A stretch of 40,403 bases of DNA from Thraustochytrium aureum (Eukaryota), in assembly GCA_012862495.1 (NCBI GenBank), contig BLSG01000157.1:1-40403 (forward strand), written 5' to 3'. The notes below the pieces were generated by a model that made no database searches, was not told the origin of the DNA, and saw nothing but the letters and a program-made list of their open reading frames with translations. A program made the position numbers and the translations under genes. Positions 1 to 9,798 of the stretch are shown here, piece after piece. How positions within the stretch are numbered: position 1 is the stretch's first letter; each line of letters opens with the position of its first letter.

Positions 1-810
1 CAAGCTGCGGTGAGGCTTTCGGGCTCTGTTGCCCTGCACTTTGTTGCGAGGGCGTGCGCTCCTCGATGCTTGCCACTCTGGTGGCTCGGCGCAGCTGTCT
101 TGTTCTGGTGCCGCCAGCTACTCGCGGTTTCGGGCTAACGGACTGGATGCGTCACGGTGGGCCACTTTGTCTCTGCCGCCGCTGCTCGTCCGACAACCCT
201 TAAGCGTTGGGTTGTCGATGCCCCCAAACACTCGCTTCATAGATGGCCGAGAGCTTGTTTCTGGATCTCCTTGGCGCCCTTGCCTTGCGCTGGGCAACGA
301 GTGAGTTGTTTTGAGCAAGCGGAAGAAAAAATACGTGGAGGACCGCGACGTCCTCGGCCGCCTGCGCGTCGACGTGCGGCGCTTGCTTCGCCCCGAGCCC
401 CGAGCCCTCCAAGTGCGCCACCCTCAATGGTCTCCTGTGGCAGAGCTAACGAGGTACCACACGCTACAGCCGGCCGGCCCAACGAAACAACGAAGAACGA
501 TGTTGACAGACTTGGACCGCCTTGAAAATGCCAGCAGCACAGGCTCAGACGACGGGGTTTCTGGCCGCGGCGCGCAGCCAGGGCCGCCAAGTGTGTGAGA
601 GCGAGAGAGCAAAATGCAATTGGTGCCGTTGCGTGCGGGAGCCGAGACACGAGTACTGGATGAGAGAGTACCTACTCTACCACTTGTAAGGGAATTCCAT
701 CGAAAGTGTGCCATGAAATGTGAGCCAAACGTGACACGAGCAGGCTGCAATCGTCAATTGGACCCCAGCGAGTTGGGCACCAGCAGACCTGCAACCTCGG
801 CGACAGCGTA

Positions 811-834
811 CAGGCAGGCAGGCAGGCAGGCAGG
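811..834 (+). repeat. (CAGG)n tract upstream of MIOX
   Basis: caggcaggcaggcaggcaggcagg read directly, ~65 nt before the ATG. Confidence 0.85.
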
Positions 835-897
835 GGCCCAGGCAGCGGCGGGCGAAGGCAGACAGGGAGTCGCGTGCGCGCGCAAGGACAGGCGGCG

Positions 898-1797
898 ATG
901 GACGGGAGCGCGGCCGCGGAGACGGTGGCGGGTCCCGAGGTCGCTGCCGGGAACGTTGGCGACCTTACACCTGGCAAGGCCCATGAAGAGTTTCGCAACT
1001 ACGAGGACAGCGCGAGGCACGCGGTGGTGGAGCGGCACTATCGGCTGATGCGCGAGAATCAGACGGTCGACTTTGTTGACCGCATGTGGAAAAAGTACCA
1101 CACGTTCGACCGCACGCAAATGACTGTGCTGGAGGCCTTCGACACGCTAAAGACCTACGTGGACTCTAGCGACCCGGACACAGACCTCCCCAACCTGGAG
1201 CACATGCTGCAGACCGCCGAGAGCATCCGCGCTGCAGGCCACCCGGACTGGATGCAGCTCACTGGCTTGCTGCACGACATGGGCAAAATCATGTTCCTCT
1301 GGGGCGGCGCCGAGGACGGCCAGCAAGGTACCGCAGACGGCGACCAGTGGGCCCTCGGGGGGGACACTTGGGTCGTGGGTTGCCGCATCCCGGACAGCGT
1401 GGTTTTCCCGCACTTTAACGCGCTCAACCCGGACATGGCCGACGAGCGGTACAACACGGAGCACGGCCGGTACGAGCGTGGCTGCGGCCTCTCCAACCTC
1501 AGGTTTGCCTACGGCCACGACGAGTACATGTACCAGATGCTGGTTGCCAACAAGTGCCTGATCCCCGAGGAGGGCCTCGCCATGATCCGCTTCCACTCGG
1601 CGTACTGCTGGCACCAGGGCGGCGCGTACGCCGACTTTGAGACAGAGCACGACAAGTACCTCAAGGAGTGGGTGCTCAAGTTCAACCAGTTTGACCTCTA
1701 CACCAAGTCTGACAAGCGCCCAGACCCCGAGTCGCTCTGGCCGTACTACCAGGCGCTCCTGGACAAGTACGGCATCGGCGGCAAGCTCTGGTGGTGA
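898..1797 (+). CDS. MIOX: myo-inositol oxygenase
   Basis: Motifs 'FRNY', 'VDSSDPDTDLPNLEHMLQTAESIR', 'DWMQLTGLLHDMGK', 'GHDEYMY', 'IRFHS', 'FNQFDLYTKSD' match the MIOX di-iron HD-fold family. ATG at 898. Confidence 0.95.
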   Translation: MDGSAAAETVAGPEVAAGNVGDLTPGKAHEEFRNYEDSARHAVVERHYRLMRENQTVDFVDRMWKKYHTFDRTQMTVLEAFDTLKTYVDSSDPDTDLPNLEHMLQTAESIRAAGHPDWMQLTGLLHDMGKIMFLWGGAEDGQQGTADGDQWALGGDTWVVGCRIPDSVVFPHFNALNPDMADERYNTEHGRYERGCGLSNLRFAYGHDEYMYQMLVANKCLIPEEGLAMIRFHSAYCWHQGGAYADFETEHDKYLKEWVLKFNQFDLYTKSDKRPDPESLWPYYQALLDKYGIGGKLWW

Positions 1798-2215
1798 GCA
1801 GTGTGGCCGCCGCTGCTACTTCCGGCGTGACCGACCCTGACTGACGGAACGGAATGGCCGTTCTGGTGGCTCGCGTACGTGCGGACGTGCACATACACAC
1901 AGCAGGCTCTCCAGTTCTCTACAGAGTACCGAGACCGAGTATAGCGCGCGCCTCGAGCAACCTAACGCCCAGACTTGATTTGCTTTTCGCCGCCGGGCGC
2001 GACGACAACCTTGCGCTCGCCTCTGCAGGCCCCCTCCTCCCCTCCCCCCTCGCACGCTCGGTGCGCTCACGCCTTACACGGACGACCAGCCGCGCCGCAT
2101 TCAGTTTGAAGCTGCAAATTGCAGAGTACTCTACCAGCCCGCGCGCGCTTTGCTGGCCAGTCCCACAAGGGCCGCGTCCGTCCAGCAGAGGCCGTCGCGA
2201 GGAGCAGCCGCAGAG

Positions 2216-2917
2216 ATGCTCGCAGCGGCAGCGAACGCAGGCGGCCAGCTGCGAGGCCGAGCGCTCTGCGTGGTCGGCGCATCTCGCGCTTCAGCAGCGC
2301 GAGCAAGAGCTGCTCGACAGCCGCGGCGCGTCTCTGCGCCACTGCGCAGAGGGCTCTTCACGAAACGGCACCCGCACCAGGTGCTCGGGCTCGAGCCCGG
2401 CGCTGCGCTGCGAGACGTGAAGCGCGCATTCCGCGAGCTGGCGCACCGGCTGCACCCCGACAAGCCAGACGGCAGCGCGGACGCGTTTCGAGAGCTTCGC
2501 GAGGCGTACAACATCCTCACGGACGGCAAGTTCCTCTCGCGGGACGCAATGCTCTGCGAGGAGCTAGAGGAGGCCGTCGCCCGCGGCGATGTGCACCGGG
2601 CGGCCGAGCTGTTGGAAGCCATCGTGGCGCACGGCACGGCGGCCAGCTACAGCGACTGGTTCCCACACTTTGTGGGCCTCGTCCGGCTGCGCGGCTCCAG
2701 AGACGGCGTGTTCGAAAGCATCGAGCGCTTTCGCGCGGCCGACTTGCTGCCTGGCGACCTACACAGGCAGGCGCTCAACGACGTGCTCGAGCTGGCCGCC
2801 TCTGACGACTCGATTGACTTCGCCATGGAGGTGCTCGGCGAGATGGACAAGCTGGGGCTGCAGCCAGAGCAGGCCACAATGCATCGCGTATTCAGCTACT
2901 TTCGGGGCGTCTCGTGA
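2216..2917 (+). CDS. J-domain (DnaJ-type) protein with Arg/Ala-rich, transit-peptide-like N-terminus and helical C-terminus
   Basis: 'PHQVLGLEPGAALRDVKRAFRELAHRLHPDKPDGSADAFRELREAYNIL' is a J-domain with the HPD motif. The N-terminus is basic and nearly free of acidic residues. Confidence 0.85.
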   Translation: MLAAAANAGGQLRGRALCVVGASRASAARARAARQPRRVSAPLRRGLFTKRHPHQVLGLEPGAALRDVKRAFRELAHRLHPDKPDGSADAFRELREAYNILTDGKFLSRDAMLCEELEEAVARGDVHRAAELLEAIVAHGTAASYSDWFPHFVGLVRLRGSRDGVFESIERFRAADLLPGDLHRQALNDVLELAASDDSIDFAMEVLGEMDKLGLQPEQATMHRVFSYFRGVS

Positions 2918-3030
2918 GCTGGGTTTTTTGCGCAAAATGAGGCTGTGCTGTGCTGTGGCGGGAGTCGCCGCGGCCGAGCGCTCTACTTTGAGAGGAAAGG
3001 TGTGCTTTGATTGTAACGCGGCGAGCTTGA

Positions 3031-4443
3031 CTAGTAGATCGATGGTTCGTGCTGCTCCTTCTCGCGCACAATGACCGGCACAGAGCTAGCAGGCAGCATA
3101 CCAAACTCGGTCACCACCATCGTGATATACTCTTGCGGCATGAGGTCGTAGGTGAGGTTGAGCAGCTCGAGGCACGCGTCGCTGCGCCAGTCGCCCAGGA
3201 CGCTATTGGTGGATTGGTCGCCGTCCCAGGCCTGCGGCAGGACGAGGTCGTCGGGGTCCCCCAACTCGTTGTAGCAGATACTGTCGAGCTGCACGCGCTC
3301 GGTGAACTTGTGCGTTTCGGCGCAGACGAGAACGGGCTTGTTGAAGGTCTTGGCGGTCATGGCCACCAGCGCTGTGCCGGCTCTGCCGAGGCAGGCCCCG
3401 TTCGAGAACAGAGCGCTGGCGCCGAGGAGAACCTTGGTCACGGGCCCCATCATGTAGCTGATCGAGGTCAGAAGCACAAAGGCGCACTCGACGCCGGCCG
3501 CCGCCAGCCGCCGCACCAGCATCGCCCCTTCGTTTTGCGGCCTGCAGTTTACCACGACCACCTTGAACCGCGTCCCGCGCGCGTGGGCCGCCAGGAGGAT
3601 CTGCTCCACAACGTGCGAGCGCCCAAAGGTCATGATCGTGTCGCCGTCCTCCACCTTGCCCAGCGCGAGGCGCACGATCTCCGCCTGCGCCAGAGTCACG
3701 TTGGTGTTGATGTACGTGTCGATCACCTGACACAGCTCTGCCTTGGCGTCTGCCTCGCCCAGCTCGAGCGCCAGCGTCGAGATCGCGCCGCGCAAGTGCC
3801 TGATTGCGTTGCCCATCGTGATAGAGTGAGGCCTGCACTCGATGAGAAACTGGATCATCGGCTTCAGCTCGCGGTCCAGGTGCCTGCTAAGGCTCGTTCC
3901 TGGGGGAGTCGTGTAGTCCTGAATCACCTCCTTGAAAGCGAGCAGCATTGCCACCATGCGCGCGTTCGCGCCTGACAAGACGCCTTCGGAGAACTTGAGG
4001 CCCACGCTAACGACCGCCGGGTGGATCTTGCCTGTGTCGCCCAGGCCAACCTTGAGCGATCGCGAGCTGTTCTTGCCTCGCGGCGCTTCGAGGTGCGAGA
4101 ACAGCGCGGACGTGTACTCCGCAGAGCGCTTCGGCGCCGCCTTCGAGTGAGCCGATTTACCTTGCGCCGGCTTTCCTGGTGCCAACGACTTTGCCGCTTT
4201 GGGCGGAGGCGGCGCTGCGCTGGCCTTCGCGGTCTGCTTGGCTTTCGCGGCCATCTCTCGCTCCTGCTTTTCGCGCCTCTCCTTCTTGGAGAGCGGCTTC
4301 TTCGCAACCGCCGCGCCCTTCGCGGCGCGCTCCGCTTCCCATTGCTTTCGGCGCGCCTCCTTCTCCAGCTTGGCGCGCTCTGCCTCCGCAGCCTTGTCTG
4401 CATCAAGAGCTGCGGGGGCCGGCTTGCCTTCTTCGCCGTCCAT
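3031..4443 (-). CDS. EIF2B4: translation initiation factor eIF2B subunit delta
   Basis: Lys/Ala-rich N-terminus followed by 'IHPAVVSVG', 'GANAR', 'CRPHSITMGNAIR', 'PVLVCAETHKFTERVQLDS', 'NELGDPDDL', 'LNLTYD', 'PASSVPVIVRE'. Confidence 0.93.
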   Translation of the reverse strand: MDGEEGKPAPAALDADKAAEAERAKLEKEARRKQWEAERAAKGAAVAKKPLSKKERREKQEREMAAKAKQTAKASAAPPPPKAAKSLAPGKPAQGKSAHSKAAPKRSAEYTSALFSHLEAPRGKNSSRSLKVGLGDTGKIHPAVVSVGLKFSEGVLSGANARMVAMLLAFKEVIQDYTTPPGTSLSRHLDRELKPMIQFLIECRPHSITMGNAIRHLRGAISTLALELGEADAKAELCQVIDTYINTNVTLAQAEIVRLALGKVEDGDTIMTFGRSHVVEQILLAAHARGTRFKVVVVNCRPQNEGAMLVRRLAAAGVECAFVLLTSISYMMGPVTKVLLGASALFSNGACLGRAGTALVAMTAKTFNKPVLVCAETHKFTERVQLDSICYNELGDPDDLVLPQAWDGDQSTNSVLGDWRSDACLELLNLTYDLMPQEYITMVVTEFGMLPASSVPVIVREKEQHEPSIY

Positions 4444-4931
4444 TCTGGCGCACTCCGCCTCGGCGCCGCCAATCACAAGGCTCGCGATGCCGCCTGCGAG
4501 GCACGCCTTTCACCACTCAATCGCCGGCCCGCCCGCCCGCCCGCGTGGCTTCCTGCCTGCCCGCCTGCCTGCCTGCCTGCCTGGCCTGCGCGGCGCGTCT
4601 CGAGTCGCTGGTGGCCTGGCACTGGCAATGTCCTGCTCGTTCGAGGACCACGCGCAGACCAGACCTGGAACATTGGCGCTGCGCGGGCGCGCCGCTCGCA
4701 TGGCTGGCAGGAAGGCTGGCTGGCTGGCTAGCTGGCTGGCACGGGCCGCGGTACCTTTGGCGCGGCGCTCGCAGGAACGACGGCGGGTTGGCGGATGAGT
4801 TGATCGTTGGGCTTGCTCGAGCTGCTCGCCTTGCAGGAGCGTGACGCGCTTGGCGAAGCGGCGCTCGCGGAAAGCGCGGCGCGGAGCGGTGGCGGCCCTG
4901 CGGCTGGGGGCCTCTAGCGCGCGGAGGCGGG

Positions 4932-6017
4932 ATGGTGCGGCAGCTGGCGAGACGGACCACTGCAGCCGCGGCGGTGGTCCTGACCAAGTTTGACAGCAAC
5001 TTGGAAGACCCGGAAGCGGAGGTGATCGAGAAAAGGCTGCACTCGCTGCTCGTGGTTGCTGCGCTGCTGCTCTCTGCCTCGATTGGGCTGCTCAACCTGC
5101 CTTCCGAGGCGGAGATCAGCCTCCAAGGTCTTGACCTTGTCCGGTCGCACGAGGCGCTGGCGGTGATCACGTCTGGGGCCGACTTTTGGATGTCGTGCAC
5201 GCTGATCAGCTGGGCGTGCCAGCTGGAGCGCGAGTCGCGCGCGTTTCTAGACGCGGTGGGCACCCCGGGCATCGTCAGCCCGCTTGAGAGGTTGCGCGAC
5301 GGATTCCTCGAGTGGGCCTCGCTCGCAGTGCAGCTCTCGATGCTTGGCATCGTGCTCACCATGCTCACCTACTTGTCGCTCAACCACGTCAAAGCGAGCA
5401 GCGAGTCTCTCAGGGTCTGGTACAAGCTCAACGCCCTTGTCGTGTTCGTGAGCTACGGGATCACAGGGGCCTCTGCGGTGTGCATGTGCTTTGCTTTCAC
5501 CTCGCTCTCGCTCCTCAAGGGCGGCATACCGCTGTACACGCGGACGCTGCAGCGGACCTACTTGCTCGGATACACCTCCATGGCTTTGGCAGTGTACATA
5601 CTCGGTGGCCTGCTGCTCTGCAATTCGATTAAAGGCGAGATTGTCGGGCGCTACCAGCGCCGTGTTACGCTACCCCCGGTGCGGTCTGGCGCAGACTATG
5701 TCGCGGCCCCGGCGGCCCTGCGCGACGCGGCTCCCTGGAAGGTCGCTCCAGCGCAGACAGGCGGCCTCGCGTACCGCCCACTTGGCAACAAGAACAAGCG
5801 TGACGATGCTGCAGCTCCAAGCGTGTTGCGCGACGACGTTGAAGCGTTGCGCGACCCAAACCGCGCTCCAGGAGCGGCCGCTCTTGGGAAAACCGTAATA
5901 TTGGCTGATGAAGGGCATGCCTCGTCGGCGAGGCCGCCCCGAACAATACCCAAAGCCGGGGGTTCGCCGGACTCGTTTGCGCGCCTCAACCTCGACCTAG
6001 AGGACCTCATCAACTAG
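4932..6017 (+). CDS. multi-pass membrane protein of unknown function (about 5 hydrophobic segments, low-complexity tail)
   Basis: 361-aa ORF with coding-like codon bias and several hydrophobic stretches. No family recognised. Confidence 0.6.
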   Translation: MVRQLARRTTAAAAVVLTKFDSNLEDPEAEVIEKRLHSLLVVAALLLSASIGLLNLPSEAEISLQGLDLVRSHEALAVITSGADFWMSCTLISWACQLERESRAFLDAVGTPGIVSPLERLRDGFLEWASLAVQLSMLGIVLTMLTYLSLNHVKASSESLRVWYKLNALVVFVSYGITGASAVCMCFAFTSLSLLKGGIPLYTRTLQRTYLLGYTSMALAVYILGGLLLCNSIKGEIVGRYQRRVTLPPVRSGADYVAAPAALRDAAPWKVAPAQTGGLAYRPLGNKNKRDDAAAPSVLRDDVEALRDPNRAPGAAALGKTVILADEGHASSARPPRTIPKAGGSPDSFARLNLDLEDLIN

Positions 6018-6490
6018 CGGCGTACCTCTCCGCCGCTTGCGGACTCAAGGAAAGCCGCGGCGCTTGGGGGGGTGGGCTCCACCGGCGTTTCTTTCCACCA
6101 GGCAAAGCAAAAAACGAAACCGAACATGCTCTCTTGTTGACGGCCAAGACGCGCGGCCCACGCGTCGCTCTCTGGCAAAGCCCCAAGCTCGCGTCGGCGC
6201 CGACTGGACGGCCTTGCGGTTGCCAAGTGCCGCATTCCATCTTGATCAAGTTGGGCCTGGAATCGGGATTTGCGCGCTAGTTCCCCTGAACAAGACCCAC
6301 CACAAACACCAGCCAGCCACCAGTTGGCAAGTCACGGATCGACCAAGCGCAAGCGCGGGCGGTGACAGCTCGAGACGGGCCGGCGAGCGCGCACGAAACT
6401 TGTCGCGCCTGTCTGCGGTGCCGGAGAGGCTGCTTGGCGAGGGGCTTGCGCAGCAGGGCGGCAGAGCACTCCGCTCCCAGGAAGGCGACA

Positions 6491-9160
6491 ATGGCACGTG
6501 GACGACGCAACCGTGCACGCAAGGAGCGCAACGACAAGCGGCGCGAGACCCGCGAAAGGTTCCGGGACGACCGCGACGACCCCAAGGACCCGCGCAACAA
6601 GTACCGCGTTGCCCCGAAATGGAGCAGGACCTACCGGGAGTACTACGCCGCGCAAGGTGTGGCGCGCGACGAAGCCGACCTCGAGGCCATGATGGACACG
6701 CTGGCCCAGCCCCTCCCCGCCACCGTGCGCCTGCACGCCGAGGGCAACTTTGCCGACTCGCTGCGTGAACGACTCAAGGGCGAGCTCTCCGAAGGCTACC
6801 CGGTCTTTGCCAAAGACGATGAAACGCGCAAGTCTNNNNNNNNNNNNNNNNNNNNNNNNNNNNNNNNNNNNNNNNNNNNNNNNNNNNNNNNNNNNNNNNN
6901 NNNNNNNNNNNNNNNNNNNNNNNNNNNNNNNNNNNNNNNNNNNNNNNNNNNNNNNNNNNNNNNNNNNNNNNNNNNNNNNNNNNNNNNNNNNNNNNNNNNN
7001 NNNTGGCGTCTCGGCTGCGACAGGGCCACAATTCGCAAGCTCTCGGGCCTTTCCAAGCTCAAATCATTTCTCATCAACGAAACCGAGGCCGGAAACGTGA
7101 CGCGGCAAGAGGAGGCCTCGATGATTCCGCCATTCTTTCTCGATGTGCAACCCGAGCACCGCGTTCTGGACATGTGCGCGGCTCCTGGGTCCAAGACGTC
7201 CCAGCTGCTCGAGGCGTTGCACGCCAAGGATGCGGAGCGCGGGTTCTTGCCCCCCGCGGGCATGGTGGTCGCCAATGACGCCAACGAAAACAGGGCATAC
7301 ATGCTTGTCAAGCAGAGTCGCCGCATGGACAGCGGCAACTTGCTGGTCACTGCGCACGAGGCGCAGAGCTTTCCGCGCATTGAGGCCCTTCTCAAGGACG
7401 ACGGGTCGTTTGGGTTTTTCGACCGCGTCCTCGCCGACGTTCCCTGCTCTGGCGACGGCACCGCGCGCAAGTCCCCAGACGTCTGGACCAAGTTTGAGCC
7501 CGCCAACGGGTACACGCTGCACCCCTTGCAGCTCATGATTGCCAACCGCGGCCTCGAGCTGCTCAAGGTTGGTGGACTAATGGTCTACTCGACGTGCAGC
7601 CTCAACCCGATCGAGAACGAGGCGGTCGTCGCGCAGCTCCTCCGTGCCCACAAGGGCGCCGTCGAGCTCGTGGACACCTCCGAAACTCTCCCGCTCCTCA
7701 AGCGCCGCCCAGGGCTCTGCACATGGCGCATGGCCATCCAGCAGTTCGAAGAGAAGGGAGAGGGAGCGGAAGGCGTCGATGCCGCGGCCAGCTCGGCCAG
7801 CTCGGCCCCCGGCCAGCTCGATGGAGCAAAGCCCGGCGCCTACCTCAAGTGGCTCGACGCCCCAGACTCGAGCATCAAGGCGGCGGCCAAGATCCCCGAG
7901 ACGGCCTGGCCGCCTTCTGCGGATGAGGCGCAACAGATGCACCTCGAGCGCTGCATGCGAATCATGCCAAACGACAACGACACGTCCGGGTTCTTCGTAT
8001 GCCTTCTCCGCAAGACCGCTGACCTGGACAAGCGCGTCCGGATCAGGCGCGTCGTGCAGCGCGCGCCGCGCGCAAAAACGGCGAAGCGACCGAGGGCGCG
8101 ACGAACACACCTGCTGCCATTGCCACGCCAGACGGCGACCAGGACGCTGCGAGCGTCGCCGACGATGCCGAGGCGGGCGCCTCGGCCGGCGCCTCGGCCG
8201 GCGCCTCGGCCGGCGCCCCGAAAGACGCGAAGGAGGAAGCCGAGCCATCGTTCGGGCGGAATGACTCTTACCAGCCGCTCCCCCTCGCCATGTACGAGCG
8301 CGTCAAGGACTACTACGGCATCCTGGAGGGAGGTCCCTCCGTAGAAAACCTGTTCTGGCGCGTTGGCGGCGGCGAGATGCTGTCGCGGCGCCAGGCGAAG
8401 AAGCGGCGCATGGAGCGCGCCGACCAGGTGGAAACCGGCGAACACAAGCCCATCAACATCACCTATGTGTCCAAAGAGGTTGCCGACCTGATTCTGAGGC
8501 CGGAACGAGGCGCAAAAGGTCCGCATTGTCGCGGTCGGCACAGTCGTCTTCAAGCGCAACCAGCGCATCACGGGCGAGAACTCCGAGTACAGGATCTCGC
8601 AGAACGGCATCCGCGTCGCGCTTCCGTTTGTGACCAAGCGCAAGGTCGAGGTCGCGCTCGCGGACTTGGCCATCATGTGGAAGCTCGCCATGCACGAACC
8701 CAAGGACCCTGCGGCGGCGCGGCTGATCAAGCGATTCCACGGCACGCCGCTTGGCATGCTCTCGAGCGACACGCAGCAAAAGCTGCGTGACAAGAACAAC
8801 GCTGGCGGCTCCATTCTCATGCTCGGCGGCGAGGAGCAGCGCTTGTATCAAGAACGGTTCGGCGAGCCTCTGGCGCTCAGCTTTTGGGTCGGCAGCGAGA
8901 CGGTCACGCCGATGATCAACAAGCTCGACTTCAACGGGGTATTCGACAAGCTCTGCCGCGTGGGCCTCTACGATGTGACAGCCCTCGACGGCCTGGACGT
9001 CGACCAGCTGGTTATCCAGCACCTTCCATCTGAGGCCGACATCAACAACAAGCTCCCCAGCCACGTGGCCGAGTCGTTCCCGCCCGCTGAAGAGGCCGAC
9101 GACGTCCCAGACGCCAACGCCAACGAGGACGACGAGGCCAACGAGGGCGACGACGAGTGA
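6491..9160 (+). CDS. NSUN2: tRNA (cytosine-5)-methyltransferase NSUN2/Trm4; spans an N-gap and two apparent frameshifts (~8035, ~8500)
   Basis: 'RQEEASMIPP', 'VLDMCAAPGSKT', 'FDRVLADVPCSGDGT' (motif IV Cys), 'VYSTCSLNPIENEAVV' (motif VI Cys), 'DTSGFFVCLLRK'. The C-terminal part continues in other frames ('VKDYYGI', 'VRIVAVGTVVFKR...YRISQNG') to TGA at 9160. Confidence 0.9.
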
Positions 9161-9609
9161 CGGACGGACGGCCCACCCCGCTTCAGCAACCCCTCCCCAT
9201 CCATTCACCCAAAACCAACGCAGATACTAGTGCACGATTCCGCCGCGCTTGTCCCCCAAGCGCGTCTCCTCGGCAAGGCGGATTGTCCTCGGCCTGCTCG
9301 CGCAACGCACATACCGCACTCGAAGCCCGCGGCATAAACTGCGGGCTGCATGCAGTATTGCGGGGTGGGCGGGGGCGCGTCTCGGTTAGGGTCTGCAGCA
9401 ATTCGAATTTTTGAATCCCATTGCCACACGGCTGCGTACAAAGGCAGGCAGGCGAGCAGGCAGCCAGGCAGCCAGGCAGACACCCATCCGACGGCGGCAG
9501 CGCGGCAGCGGGGCACTGCAGGACGGTGCGCAGCCGCGACTCCGCAAGGGATTCTGTCGCGCGGGGCGCGGCGCGGGCTGCTGGCGAACCACTGCGCGGC
9601 GGTAGCGGG

Positions 9610-9765
9610 ATGGCCACTGCTGACGAGGAGGACTCCCAGTCGGTGGGCTCGGCGTCCACCGCGAGCGTGAATGTTGACCCCACCGAGGTCGTGGAGGAGG
9701 AGGAGCAGGAGGAGGAGCAGGCCGTGGAGCCGACTGTGCGTGTTGATGAGCAGACGCCAATGGTG

Positions 9766-9798
<33 letters not shown>

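Noticed and set aside
1..750. Short ORFs at the window start (e.g. 311-598)
   Set aside because: No recognisable motif and no single convincing coding frame.
8176..8216. 12-bp repeat translated as PRPA x3 in the listed ORF
   Set aside because: Wrong frame. In the repaired NSUN2 frame it encodes an ordinary (GASA)n low-complexity linker.
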